In this document: piece after piece, positions 38,895 through 47,696 of the stretch
Layout: each line of letters opens with the position of its first letter
How positions within the stretch are numbered: the stretch's first letter is position 1
NCBI GenBank assembly: GCA_963755705.1
Contig: CAVWKW010000003.1
Span: 836,067-900,066 of the forward strand
Origin: an uncultured delta proteobacterium
GTDB lineage: Bacteria; Desulfobacterota; Binatia; Binatales; Binataceae
Direction of reading: 5' to 3'
Length of the DNA stretch: 64,000 nt
Made by a program: the position numbers and the translations under genes
Notes under the pieces: model-generated
The model's input: the letters and a program-made list of their open reading frames with translations, nothing else
Database searches by the model: none
What the model was told of the DNA's origin: nothing

Positions 38895-39421
38895 CGGCCG
38901 CCCTCCTCTCGATCCGCCAGCGTGTTGACTGTGAGTATCCGGCCGCCGCGAATATCGCGATTCTCAATCTTCGCGGTTCGCTTTGTATTTGTGACCGTCG
39001 GAGAGGTTGAGACTAGCGCTGTGTCGGCTAATTCGATCGGAAAGCCGAACACCCCGCTTGCCCTTCCGTATAGCTCCGCCGCTGCGTAGCTGCTTGGCGC
39101 GGTGGAGAGGGAAGGTTGGGCATTGCCCTGCGGCGGATTGGTTATTGTAATAGATAGCAGATTTCCTACCGGATCGTACGAATAGGTGGCTGTTGTTCCC
39201 GATGGGTTCGTGACCGAAGTCAGACGCCCCGCAGGGTCGTACGCATAGGTGATATTCTGCGCAACGGCGAGCGACCCACTGGCGAGCACGATCATGGTCG
39301 TTAGCGCCAGCAGGAGAGCGAATCTGGCGAAAGCATCATGTGCGATCGCCAGACGCTCTTGAAACCGTTGTTTTCTTTGCACTGCGCGACGGTTACAAAG
39401 CTGGCTGTTCGATGAGGCCAT
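38891..39421 (-). CDS. small exported protein with two YD repeats
   Basis: SD GGAGGGAG before ATG 39421; hydrophobic signal …SLAVA, then ITYAYDPAGRLTSVT and YSYDPVGNLLSIT; ATGA overlap with rhs. Confidence 0.7.
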   Translation of the reverse strand: MASSNSQLCNRRAVQRKQRFQERLAIAHDAFARFALLLALTTMIVLASGSLAVAQNITYAYDPAGRLTSVTNPSGTTATYSYDPVGNLLSITITNPPQGNAQPSLSTAPSSYAAAELYGRASGVFGFPIELADTALVSTSPTVTNTKRTAKIENRDIRGGRILTVNTLADREEGGR

Positions 39422-39605
39422 GGCTCCCTCCCATTTACAGACCATCGTCGCTGCGAGCTGCCGCTTCGGCGCGCATGTTCGGAAATGCACTTTGCGGCGC
39501 ACTGTTGCTCGCTATTGCACTTCTGCTCTCGTACCGCTAGAGCATCTGAAAGTCAAGCGCGCCCACATACCGTGAAATAGAGGGTCGGCATAACGGCTAA
39601 GAGTC

Positions 39606-41291
39606 ATGACTAGTTCACCTCTTGGTACAGGTCAGGTTACGGACCGATTGGAGAATCCCCGCTATTCGATGGACGAGTACCGAGAACGCTCGGTGCCTGC
39701 CATTGCCCCGACCGGCGGCTACCTGACAATCGCGCAGGCGTCCTGCTTATCGATCATCAGTGGAGCGGCACTGGCAACAGCGTTTCCGAAGGTATCACTT
39801 GGACTTCTAGCGTGGGGTGCTTTCGTCCCACTGTATTTCGCGATCGACGGCGCGCGGCTGAGGCGAGTCTTCTGGCTAACATGGCTGCAACAGCTCACGT
39901 TCTTGATTTGTACACTTTACTGGCTCTGGATCCCCCTTCACGTCGATGGTCACAAGCCAATCGTGATTGCAGCCGGGACGATCTTCTTCGTGACGGTTGT
40001 GGAAGCTTTGTTCGGCGCGGCATCTGTTCTCAGCGCCGAATTCATAAGTCGGAGGCTCAGTATATCGCGCTTGATCAGCTATTCTGTTGCGTGGACCGTT
40101 TTCGAATGGGTTCGAAGCTTCTTTCCTGTTGGCTTTCCGTGGAATCCGCTGGGCGACGCGCTGTTCAGCGAAATTACGGTGATTCAGATTGCTGAAGTAG
40201 TCGGAGTTTTCGGATTATCCGCGCTGATTGTTTTTGTAAACGTCGCGCTATGGGAGATAGCGGCTGCAGGGCTCTCCGGAAAGCAGAAGACTCGAGAAAC
40301 ATTTTCTCTGGCGATAGTCATAGCTATGGTGATCGGATTCGGGATACTGCGAACGCGAGAACTCGAACAGATACCGCCGGCGGGCCATTTGACGGTTGCG
40401 ATGGTTCAGGGAAACATCCCTCAGAGCGCGAAATGGGACCCCGCGCAACTTCCACCCACATTCAAGATTTACTCAGACGCAACAGAAGCAGCAGCGCATT
40501 CGCGACCCGACCTAATCATCTGGCCGGAGACGGCTGCCGACTTTTTCTTTCAGCCATTGAATGCTTATCCGTGGGCGTTCAGAACCGATGCTCAATACTG
40601 GGCACGGTTGGCCAGCTTAGCTGCGCGGCTCGGAGTACCGATCCTGTTCGGCGCGCCCGCGCTCGATATTGGCCGCGACCTGAAGACACGTAATCGCGCT
40701 TACCTGCTCGGTGGCGACGGACGCGTCTGCGACTACTACGATAAGATCGAGCTAGTGCCGGTTGGAGAATACGTTCCCGTTCTGCTGAGACATTTTGTAA
40801 AACGAATGGTCGAGGCGCCTTCCGACTTCTTCCCTGGCAACCGGCAGACCGTATTCAATGTGGGAACCGCTCGAATCGGAGTTTTGATCTGCTACGAATC
40901 ACTCTTCCCGTACTTGAGCCAACACGTGGTGCGCAGGGGCGCCAATGTCCTTGTGAATATTACGAATGATGCGTGGTATGGCCGCAGCTCGGCACCGTAC
41001 CAATTGCTCGCTATGACCGTGATGCGCGCGGTCGAGAACCGCACCCCTGTGATCAGGGTTGGAAACACGGGAATCAGTGCAATTATTACGGCGGTCGGCC
41101 GCATTCAGGGCGCTACTCAACTATTCACGCGCACGACTGAGATAGAGACGGTCGAGTGGAAAAATGTCCGCGCGTTCTATTCTCAATCGGGCGATGTCTT
41201 CGCTTGGGTGTGCTCAGCGCTGCTCGCGCTCGGTTTGCTCGCAACGGCAGCGATGTCGATCCGGGACCGCACGGGCGCCTCGCCTAGGTGA
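39606..41291 (+). CDS. lnt: apolipoprotein N-acyltransferase
   Basis: Multi-TM N-terminus with GFPW; nitrilase triad WPE, YDKIELVPVGEY, ICYES; NITNDAWYG, RAVENR. Confidence 0.93.
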   Translation: MTSSPLGTGQVTDRLENPRYSMDEYRERSVPAIAPTGGYLTIAQASCLSIISGAALATAFPKVSLGLLAWGAFVPLYFAIDGARLRRVFWLTWLQQLTFLICTLYWLWIPLHVDGHKPIVIAAGTIFFVTVVEALFGAASVLSAEFISRRLSISRLISYSVAWTVFEWVRSFFPVGFPWNPLGDALFSEITVIQIAEVVGVFGLSALIVFVNVALWEIAAAGLSGKQKTRETFSLAIVIAMVIGFGILRTRELEQIPPAGHLTVAMVQGNIPQSAKWDPAQLPPTFKIYSDATEAAAHSRPDLIIWPETAADFFFQPLNAYPWAFRTDAQYWARLASLAARLGVPILFGAPALDIGRDLKTRNRAYLLGGDGRVCDYYDKIELVPVGEYVPVLLRHFVKRMVEAPSDFFPGNRQTVFNVGTARIGVLICYESLFPYLSQHVVRRGANVLVNITNDAWYGRSSAPYQLLAMTVMRAVENRTPVIRVGNTGISAIITAVGRIQGATQLFTRTTEIETVEWKNVRAFYSQSGDVFAWVCSALLALGLLATAAMSIRDRTGASPR

Positions 41292-41690
41292 GCGCGGGAG
41301 CTTCAATGGAGACGATCTATTATAATTGTTTCCAAGCTGGTCCGAGAGCTCTGCAACGTTCTCAGTGAAACGCACAGGATGACTCGGATCAACGTAAGGT
41401 TTGTCGCGAACACGATCATCCGCGCTCTCGGCCTGCTTGAATCGATCTTCCAGACGGGGTTCCAACTGTTCTGCGAACGAAACACGAATTGATTGGGCTC
41501 CTGTGGGTCTGAGGCGCCCAATCGACGTGGAATACTTCATAGTGGCGCGAGGTGAATAAAAGTAGCACGCGGTCGATGTCAAGATGCGGGAGTCGCGCCA
41601 ATCTGGGCCTTTAACTGTTCCCAAGAATCATCGCGTCTTAGCTTACCGGGAAGCCTCGGTCTCGGTTTTTCACCAGCACGGCGGTGTGGT

Positions 41691-41714
41691 TCGATCATAG
41701 TTCGATCATAGTCG
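41691..41714 (+). repeat. tandem 11-bp repeat pair, putative Int arm-type site
   Basis: tcgatcatagttcgatcatagtcg, 67 bp inside the tRNA-side att. Confidence 0.7.
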
Positions 41715-41781
41715 AACCGGATCGTGCGACCCGACCGAACGTGTGCCAGCAGAAAACTTGCTTTATTTACGGGGTATTGTT

Positions 41782-41857
41782 TGGAGGCGGCGATCGGATT
41801 CGAACCGATGCATGGAGGTTTTGCAGACCTCTCCCTTAACCACTTGGGTACGCCGCC
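41782..41857 (-). tRNA. tRNA-Cys (GCA)
   Basis: 76-nt cloverleaf: GGCGGCG/CGCCGCC acceptor stem, GAGGT-CTGCAAA-ACCTC anticodon arm, TTCGAAT T-loop, encoded CCA. Confidence 0.97.
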
Positions 41858-41972
41858 CCGCGCGATGATTCAAAACTCTCGGGAAGGGAAGAGTTATCAT
41901 GCCATCCCACGCCTATCAATTCGAGGCGCGGCGACGCGGCCGGAAACGCACCCGGGCGGGCGCGGCGATCAT

Positions 41973-44471
41973 CTAACCCGCGGTTACAGGAATCAGATGA
42001 GTCTCGAGCTCGCCGCGCACGCGGGCGCATTCAAGTTCGATCGAATCGATGATTGCTGTGGCGGGACCGTCGGTCGAGCCTGCGCGCGCCTGCGCCTCGA
42101 GCTCGCGGCATAGCGCATGCAGCCGCTTCGCGCCGAAGTGTCCGCAGCTTCCCTTGAGCGCGTGCGCCGCATAGGCAATCGAGCTTCCATCGCCCGCATC
42201 GACACCCAAGCGCATCGCAGCCACGCGATCGCCAAGGTCGGACAGGAACACCGTGATGAGCTGGCGAAGGAACTCGGGACCGTCATCGGCCGCGGATTCG
42301 AGGCTGCGCAGCGCCGCAGGATCGACCGCGGGAGGCTCGGCGTCGCTCCTGTCGCTCGAGGTTTCGCGCCGCGCCGCATCGGCCGCGCGCGGCAGCGACG
42401 TTTCGATCGACGCCGGCCCGCCGCCTGGAAGCCACTGCGACAGAATCGCAGCCAGATCTTCGGGCAAAAATGGTTTGCTCAGATAGTCGTCCATCCCGGC
42501 GTCAAGGCATTTCTGCCGATCACCGGCGAGCGCGTGCGCGGTCAAACCAATGATTGCGATTTTGGCGGCGGCGCCGACCAGGCGCCGAATCTCGCGCGTC
42601 GCCTCGTACCCGTCCATCTCCGGCATCTGGCAATCCATCAGCACGATGTTGTAGGCAGTGCGCGCGAGCGCGTCGAGCGCCTCGCGCCCGTTGGTCACCG
42701 ATTCGGCGCGGCAACCCAATCGCTCGAGCATCTTGAGCGCCACCCTGCGATTGACCGGATGATCTTCCACCAGCAGGATTCGCGCCCGTTCGGGCGCCGC
42801 GTGCGGAAACGATTGCGCAATCTCGCGAAATGGCTTGAGCTGAATCTGACGGCGCGGCGCCGCCGCCAGCTCCGCTTGCGGGTGATCGGGCGAGCATGCG
42901 ATCGCGGTACTCAGCCAACTCGACAACTCCGATTGGCGCACCGGCTTGACCAGCGCGGCGAACATCCCGGCCGAGCGCATCGCGGGGCCGTCAGGACGCT
43001 CTCCCAGATGGCAAATTCCCACCATCGGGGTTCCCGCAAACCTTGCGTGCGCGGAAAGCTGGCGCGCCAATGCAAGTCCTTCCATCCCCGCCATATTGCA
43101 ATCGATCACAATCGCATCCACATCCGCGCCGGGTACCGCGCCCGAAACTATCGCAAGAGTCTCTGCCGAAGTCGTTGCCAGTTCGCATCTGACTCCCCAC
43201 GAATTCAATTGCCGGGACAAAAGCCGCGCACCAAGACTATCGGGCGCGCACAGAAGAACGTTCCGGCCGCGCAGATTTGTCATCGGCGTGGCGATGCTTT
43301 CGGCGTCGTCCGCTCCGAGCATGAAGCGTGCGGTGAACCAGAAATTGCAGCCTCGCGCCGGCGCGCTCTCGACCCCGATCTCGCCGCCCATTCGCGCAAC
43401 GATCTCGGCCGAGATCGCGAGCCCGAGCCCGGTCCCGCCATGACGCCGCGTGGTCGAGCCGTCGGCTTGATAAAATGCCCGGAAGAGAGATTTTTGCGCC
43501 TCGGCCGGAATGCCCGGCCCGGTATCCCGAACCGAAAACCGCAGGATCGCATCCGCGCTCGACGCGCCTGCGCATTCCACCGTCACCGCGACGCCGCCTG
43601 CCTCGGTAAACTTGATCGCATTTCCGATCAGATTTACCAGCACCTGCCGAAGCCGCACCGGATCGCCGCGCAGCCGCGGTGGAACCGCGCTGTCAACGAA
43701 GGTTGCGAGCTCGATTCCGGTCCGCTGCACTTGCTCGGAGAACAGTCCGATCACGCTTTCGAGAGTCTCGGCCGGGCTGAAGTCGATCTCTTCGAGCCGC
43801 AGCTTGCCCGCCGAGACCTTCGAGAAATCCAGAATGTCATTAATAATGCGCAGGAGCGCGTGCGCGCTGGACCATACCACCTCGCCGAACTCGCGCTGAT
43901 CGGAATCGAGCGTAGTGTCGAGCAGCATCCGGGTCATCCCGACGATCGCATTCATCGGGGTGCGAATCTCGTGGCTCATGTTCGCCAGAAAGGCGGATTT
44001 CATAGCCACCGCCTCCAGCGCGTCGTCGCGGGCACAGACGATTCCCGCCTCGAGCCGTTTTCGCTCGATCGCGCTCAGCAGCGACCGAATCAGCAGCCTT
44101 CGGTCCAGCGGCTTGATCAGATAGTCCTGCGCGCCGAGCTTGATAATCTCGCGGCTGAGCGGTTCGTGGTCGATCTCGCCCAGCACCACGATCGGGAGAC
44201 GCATCGCCGCGCTGGCGACGCGCGCAAACGCCTGCTCAGGCGTGCATCCGGAAAGGGCGGCATCAAGGATCACGAGATCGAGGCGATGATGGCGCAGGCA
44301 TTCGAGTCCCGCCTCAAGCCGCGGCGCGGTTGTCAGTTCGAAACGCGCTCCGGGACTGCCGGCCAAAAGGTTTCCGATCAGCCGTTCGTCGGCGGGATTG
44401 CCTTCGATCAAAAGGACGTGGATCGGAGTGTCAGGCATCGTCAGGTCGGATCTGGAGCTTCCGACCATCAT
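41973..44471 (-). CDS. hybrid histidine kinase REC-HisKA-HATPase-REC-REC-HPt
   Basis: FLANMSHEIRTPMN, NLIGNAIKFT, DTGPGI, GGTGLGL, LMDCQMPEMDG, AHALKG; no TM segment. Confidence 0.93.
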   Translation of the reverse strand: MMVGSSRSDLTMPDTPIHVLLIEGNPADERLIGNLLAGSPGARFELTTAPRLEAGLECLRHHRLDLVILDAALSGCTPEQAFARVASAAMRLPIVVLGEIDHEPLSREIIKLGAQDYLIKPLDRRLLIRSLLSAIERKRLEAGIVCARDDALEAVAMKSAFLANMSHEIRTPMNAIVGMTRMLLDTTLDSDQREFGEVVWSSAHALLRIINDILDFSKVSAGKLRLEEIDFSPAETLESVIGLFSEQVQRTGIELATFVDSAVPPRLRGDPVRLRQVLVNLIGNAIKFTEAGGVAVTVECAGASSADAILRFSVRDTGPGIPAEAQKSLFRAFYQADGSTTRRHGGTGLGLAISAEIVARMGGEIGVESAPARGCNFWFTARFMLGADDAESIATPMTNLRGRNVLLCAPDSLGARLLSRQLNSWGVRCELATTSAETLAIVSGAVPGADVDAIVIDCNMAGMEGLALARQLSAHARFAGTPMVGICHLGERPDGPAMRSAGMFAALVKPVRQSELSSWLSTAIACSPDHPQAELAAAPRRQIQLKPFREIAQSFPHAAPERARILLVEDHPVNRRVALKMLERLGCRAESVTNGREALDALARTAYNIVLMDCQMPEMDGYEATREIRRLVGAAAKIAIIGLTAHALAGDRQKCLDAGMDDYLSKPFLPEDLAAILSQWLPGGGPASIETSLPRAADAARRETSSDRSDAEPPAVDPAALRSLESAADDGPEFLRQLITVFLSDLGDRVAAMRLGVDAGDGSSIAYAAHALKGSCGHFGAKRLHALCRELEAQARAGSTDGPATAIIDSIELECARVRGELETHLIPVTAG

Positions 44472-44681
44472 CCCAAATCCAAGATATGTGCCGATTTTGG
44501 AATTGGTTTGCGGACAGTTTGTCTATCATTTGCGACTCAACGTAGCGCGCTGAATTTCATATCAAGACCACCCCAGCCACAAATCGGCCGCCGCACCGGC
44601 AAAACTTTGGCGCCGAGGTTCTATTTCGCATCACCGTGCGATATATCCCGAATCAATCCATCGATTGCTGAGGATAAAGGC

Positions 44682-45503
44682 ATGTCTGAACCAACCGCCG
44701 AATCCGCGAACCCGAGCGCCGCTGCACCATCGAACTTCGATTGGACCGCGATCATCGACGACCTCAACCGCCTGCTTCGGCTGCGCACCACTCCGATCGG
44801 GATGAAGCTCTACGCGACGGTCGAAGAGATGGAAGCGATCCCGAAAATCCGGCGGCCGAAATCGATCCACACCACCGATCAGATCGTCGCGCAGGCTGCC
44901 CGCCTTGGATGGACCGTCGGAATCACGGCGAAGGATTTGGTCGGGCCGCAATGCGGCGCGGTCATCGGACTTCATCCGCAGAACGAGGAGTGGCTCTCGG
45001 GCAAAGCGATGTCAGGCGTATGGTTTTCGACCCTCGCGGATTCCGCGGCCCATCAGCGCGCGATGGACACCGTCCCGTACGGCCGCTACTCCGCGATGGC
45101 GGTAGCGCCGCTTGCGTCGGGACGGCTGAACCCTCCGGATATCTGCCTCATCTACGCGACGCCGGGACAGATGATCCTGTTCATCAACGGCCTGCAATGG
45201 GCGGGCTACAAGAAATTCAACTGGGGCGTCGTCGGGGAGTCAGCCTGTGCCGATTCATGGGGCCGCGCTCTCAGAACGCGCGAGCCGAGCCTGTCGATTC
45301 CCTGCTACGCCGAACACCGCTACGGCGGAGTGCTCGACGACGAGTTGCTGCTCGCGACGCCGCCCGAGTTCGTGCCCAAAGCGATCGAAGGGATGAAGCG
45401 GCTGGCCGCCAATGGGCTGCGCTATCCGATTCCGCAGTACGGAATCCAGTCGGATGCGCGCGCGGGGTTGTCGGTCTCGTACGGCTCGCGCGACAAAAGC
45501 TGA
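44682..45503 (+). CDS. DUF169-family protein
   Basis: L.L.T.PIG.K…, CG…GL, PD…LIY.TP.Q…, ES.CAD, PCY.E pattern; it is the 3' part of the 1128-aa track ORF. Confidence 0.75.
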   Translation: MSEPTAESANPSAAAPSNFDWTAIIDDLNRLLRLRTTPIGMKLYATVEEMEAIPKIRRPKSIHTTDQIVAQAARLGWTVGITAKDLVGPQCGAVIGLHPQNEEWLSGKAMSGVWFSTLADSAAHQRAMDTVPYGRYSAMAVAPLASGRLNPPDICLIYATPGQMILFINGLQWAGYKKFNWGVVGESACADSWGRALRTREPSLSIPCYAEHRYGGVLDDELLLATPPEFVPKAIEGMKRLAANGLRYPIPQYGIQSDARAGLSVSYGSRDKS

Positions 45504-45508
45504 GCGAT

Positions 45509-46954
45509 CTATTTTCCGCCCAACGCAGCGGTGCCCGGATGCCTGCGCGAGCCGAGGAAGATCACCAGGTCTTCCAGATCGGCCGGCGACAGATTTCCCG
45601 CATAGGCCGGCATGTTGTAGCCGCCGTTCATGATCCGAATCGTCAGGTCGTCTTTGGTCAGGCGATCGCCCACAAAACTCAGGTCAGGTCCGCGATGACC
45701 TCCGTTGCCGGAGATCTGATGGCAGAATTCGCATCCCTTCTCGTGGAACAGCTTCGCACCGTTGGCAATCGGACCCGCGCTCACTCCAACGATCTCCGGT
45801 GAGAGCGGTTGCGCGGTAAAATCGGGCGACCACGGCTCGCGAATCGCCTCGACCCACAGCGTCGCGATCATCATGACGATCACGATCACCGCGGCTACCG
45901 CCCACGGCCGGTTGCGCGGATGACGTTCGCCCGTGTTCGACACGATCGGCACGATCAGCAGGACGATCACTCCGACCAGCGGCGCCAGCAGGATCACCGG
46001 CGTCGTCATCTTGTGCGGGATCAGCGCCAGCAGCGCGAAGTACCACAGCAGATACCAGTCGGGCGCGGGGTCGCGCGCGAGCAAGCTCGGATTCGGCGGA
46101 GGACCGAGTTTGGGCGGACCGAAAATCGCGGCGAGCACGACGATCGCGATCACCACCGCGACGCAGAAGACTACATCGCGCCACGCCGCGTCGGGCCAGA
46201 ACGGCACCCCGCGCTTTTCGACCAGCTCGTCATATTTCTGATGATAGGTCGCGGGATCTACCGGCTCTCCCGCGACCGGCGGCTCGGAGATTCCGTCGTG
46301 CAGCACCAGGAACAGATGAATTCCGACGACGGCGAAGATAATCGCCGGAATAAAAAATACGTGGAACGCGAAAAATCGCGAGAGCGTGGCGCCGCCGATA
46401 GTTTTTCCGGCCAGCAGAAAATGCGCCATCATCGTGCCGACTATCGGCATCCGCCCGGCCTGCTCCGCGCCGACCACGATCGACCACACCGCGTTTTGAT
46501 CCCAGCGCAAAAGCTGCCCGGTGAATCCCATCGCGAGCGTCAGGAACAGGAGCACCACTCCCGTAACCCAGTTGAACTCGCGCGGGTACTTGTAGCAGCC
46601 CATGATGAAGACCTGGGTCATGTGAATCCCGACCAGCAGGACCATCGCCGACGCGCCGAAATAATGCATCCCGCGCAGGAGGTTCCCCAACAGCGCCTGC
46701 GTCGTGATGAATTGCAGAGCTTGATACGCGTCGCCGCTCGACGAGATGTAGGAAGTGGAAAGCGCGATCCCGGTCACCACCTGGATCATGAATGCGACCA
46801 GCGTCGCGCTGCCGAACACGTACCACCATCCGGTGTCGGGCGGGACCGGATGACGCGCGAGGTCGCCCATCATCTTGATGAGACCGGTGCGCTCCTCGAA
46901 CGCGTCTACCAGCGGCTGGACGAGTCTCATCGCGGCGCGCACCAGCTTACTCAT
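45509..46954 (-). CDS. qcrB: cytochrome b (bc complex) with fused C-terminal cytochrome c
   Basis: GWWYVFGS, RGMHYFGAS…HM, RFFAFH…H, PDWY (PEWY-equivalent), C-terminal CEFCH…MP. Confidence 0.9.
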   Translation of the reverse strand: MSKLVRAAMRLVQPLVDAFEERTGLIKMMGDLARHPVPPDTGWWYVFGSATLVAFMIQVVTGIALSTSYISSSGDAYQALQFITTQALLGNLLRGMHYFGASAMVLLVGIHMTQVFIMGCYKYPREFNWVTGVVLLFLTLAMGFTGQLLRWDQNAVWSIVVGAEQAGRMPIVGTMMAHFLLAGKTIGGATLSRFFAFHVFFIPAIIFAVVGIHLFLVLHDGISEPPVAGEPVDPATYHQKYDELVEKRGVPFWPDAAWRDVVFCVAVVIAIVVLAAIFGPPKLGPPPNPSLLARDPAPDWYLLWYFALLALIPHKMTTPVILLAPLVGVIVLLIVPIVSNTGERHPRNRPWAVAAVIVIVMMIATLWVEAIREPWSPDFTAQPLSPEIVGVSAGPIANGAKLFHEKGCEFCHQISGNGGHRGPDLSFVGDRLTKDDLTIRIMNGGYNMPAYAGNLSPADLEDLVIFLGSRRHPGTAALGGK

Positions 46955-47478
46955 CCGATTGGCACCGCGCTGGTCCGAATCTCGACCATCCCGTTGTTCA
47001 CTCTGACCGGATATTGAAACAGCGGGCGCGGCGGCGGTCCGCCGGCGACCGTGCCGTTGGAGTAGTACACTCCGCCGTGGCACGGACACATGAACAGGTT
47101 CGCGTCCGGGAGCCATCTGACCGGGCATCCGAGATGCGTGCAGTTAACGGCGAACGCGGTGAACTCTCCGCTCGCGTCGCGGCGCAGCCACGCGGCGGTC
47201 TCTGCGGTGACTCCCGCCCACGCCATCGGCGAAGGATCGCGGAACGAGACCAGCACCGTTTTGCCGACCGCAAAGCTCTCGGCCTTGCCGATCGGCCGCC
47301 AGATAGCGGGAAACTTTCTGATCAGCGGACCGATCAGAAATCCCACGATCGGCACCGCGACCAGCGCGGCCGCAAGGCCCATCAATCCGAGCGAAAGCTT
47401 GACCACGAACGCGCGGCGTTCCGGACTGAGAGCGTCGCCGGCGGGCGCGGGGGCGCGATTTTCACCATCACTCGTCAT
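46951..47478 (-). CDS. qcrA: Rieske 2Fe-2S subunit
   Basis: Tat-like RR plus TM helix; CTHLGC and CPCHGG. Confidence 0.93.
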   Translation of the reverse strand: MTSDGENRAPAPAGDALSPERRAFVVKLSLGLMGLAAALVAVPIVGFLIGPLIRKFPAIWRPIGKAESFAVGKTVLVSFRDPSPMAWAGVTAETAAWLRRDASGEFTAFAVNCTHLGCPVRWLPDANLFMCPCHGGVYYSNGTVAGGPPPRPLFQYPVRVNNGMVEIRTSAVPIG

Positions 47479-47692
47479 GCACCAACTCTCCAATCCAGCG
47501 CGAAAGCGCGAACGCGATCAGGATCAACCCGACGACGGAAAAGGCATACGACGTGATGAGCCCGAACGCTCCGAACGTGATCCCCAGCGCCATCACCGCG
47601 GGCTGATAGGTGGGCGCGGGCACGCGCTCCGGCTTGGGCGCGGTCCATCCTTGAGCAATTTTTCTATCTATCTGATCTGCATCCGATGGCAT
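47468..47692 (-). CDS. small two-TM subunit (oxidase subunit IV-like)
   Basis: 74 aa; P.P.Y.PA.MALGI…G…W..E; embedded in the operon. Confidence 0.6.
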   Translation of the reverse strand: MPSDADQIDRKIAQGWTAPKPERVPAPTYQPAVMALGITFGAFGLITSYAFSVVGLILIAFALSRWIGELVHDE

Positions 47693-47696
47693 CAGT

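Larger units (their letters stand above)
24861..41830 (-). mobile_element. integrative mobilizable element in tRNA-Cys (16,921-bp unit)
   Basis: att duplication; int/xis adjacent to the distal att; MOB-F relaxase plus T4CP; no VirB4 or MPF operon and no phage structural genes. Confidence 0.92.

Noticed and set aside
41214-41624. Minus-strand ORF between lnt and the att
   Set aside because: No motif or clear SD, and it overlaps the lnt 3' end; left unannotated.
24861-41830. Prophage or self-transmissible ICE interpretation
   Set aside because: No capsid, terminase or tail genes; no VirB4 or other MPF genes apart from one pilin.
42117-44681. 1128-aa plus-strand ORF (42117-45503)
   Set aside because: The 5' three-quarters is the antisense shadow of the hybrid kinase; only 44682-45503 (DUF169) is a credible gene.
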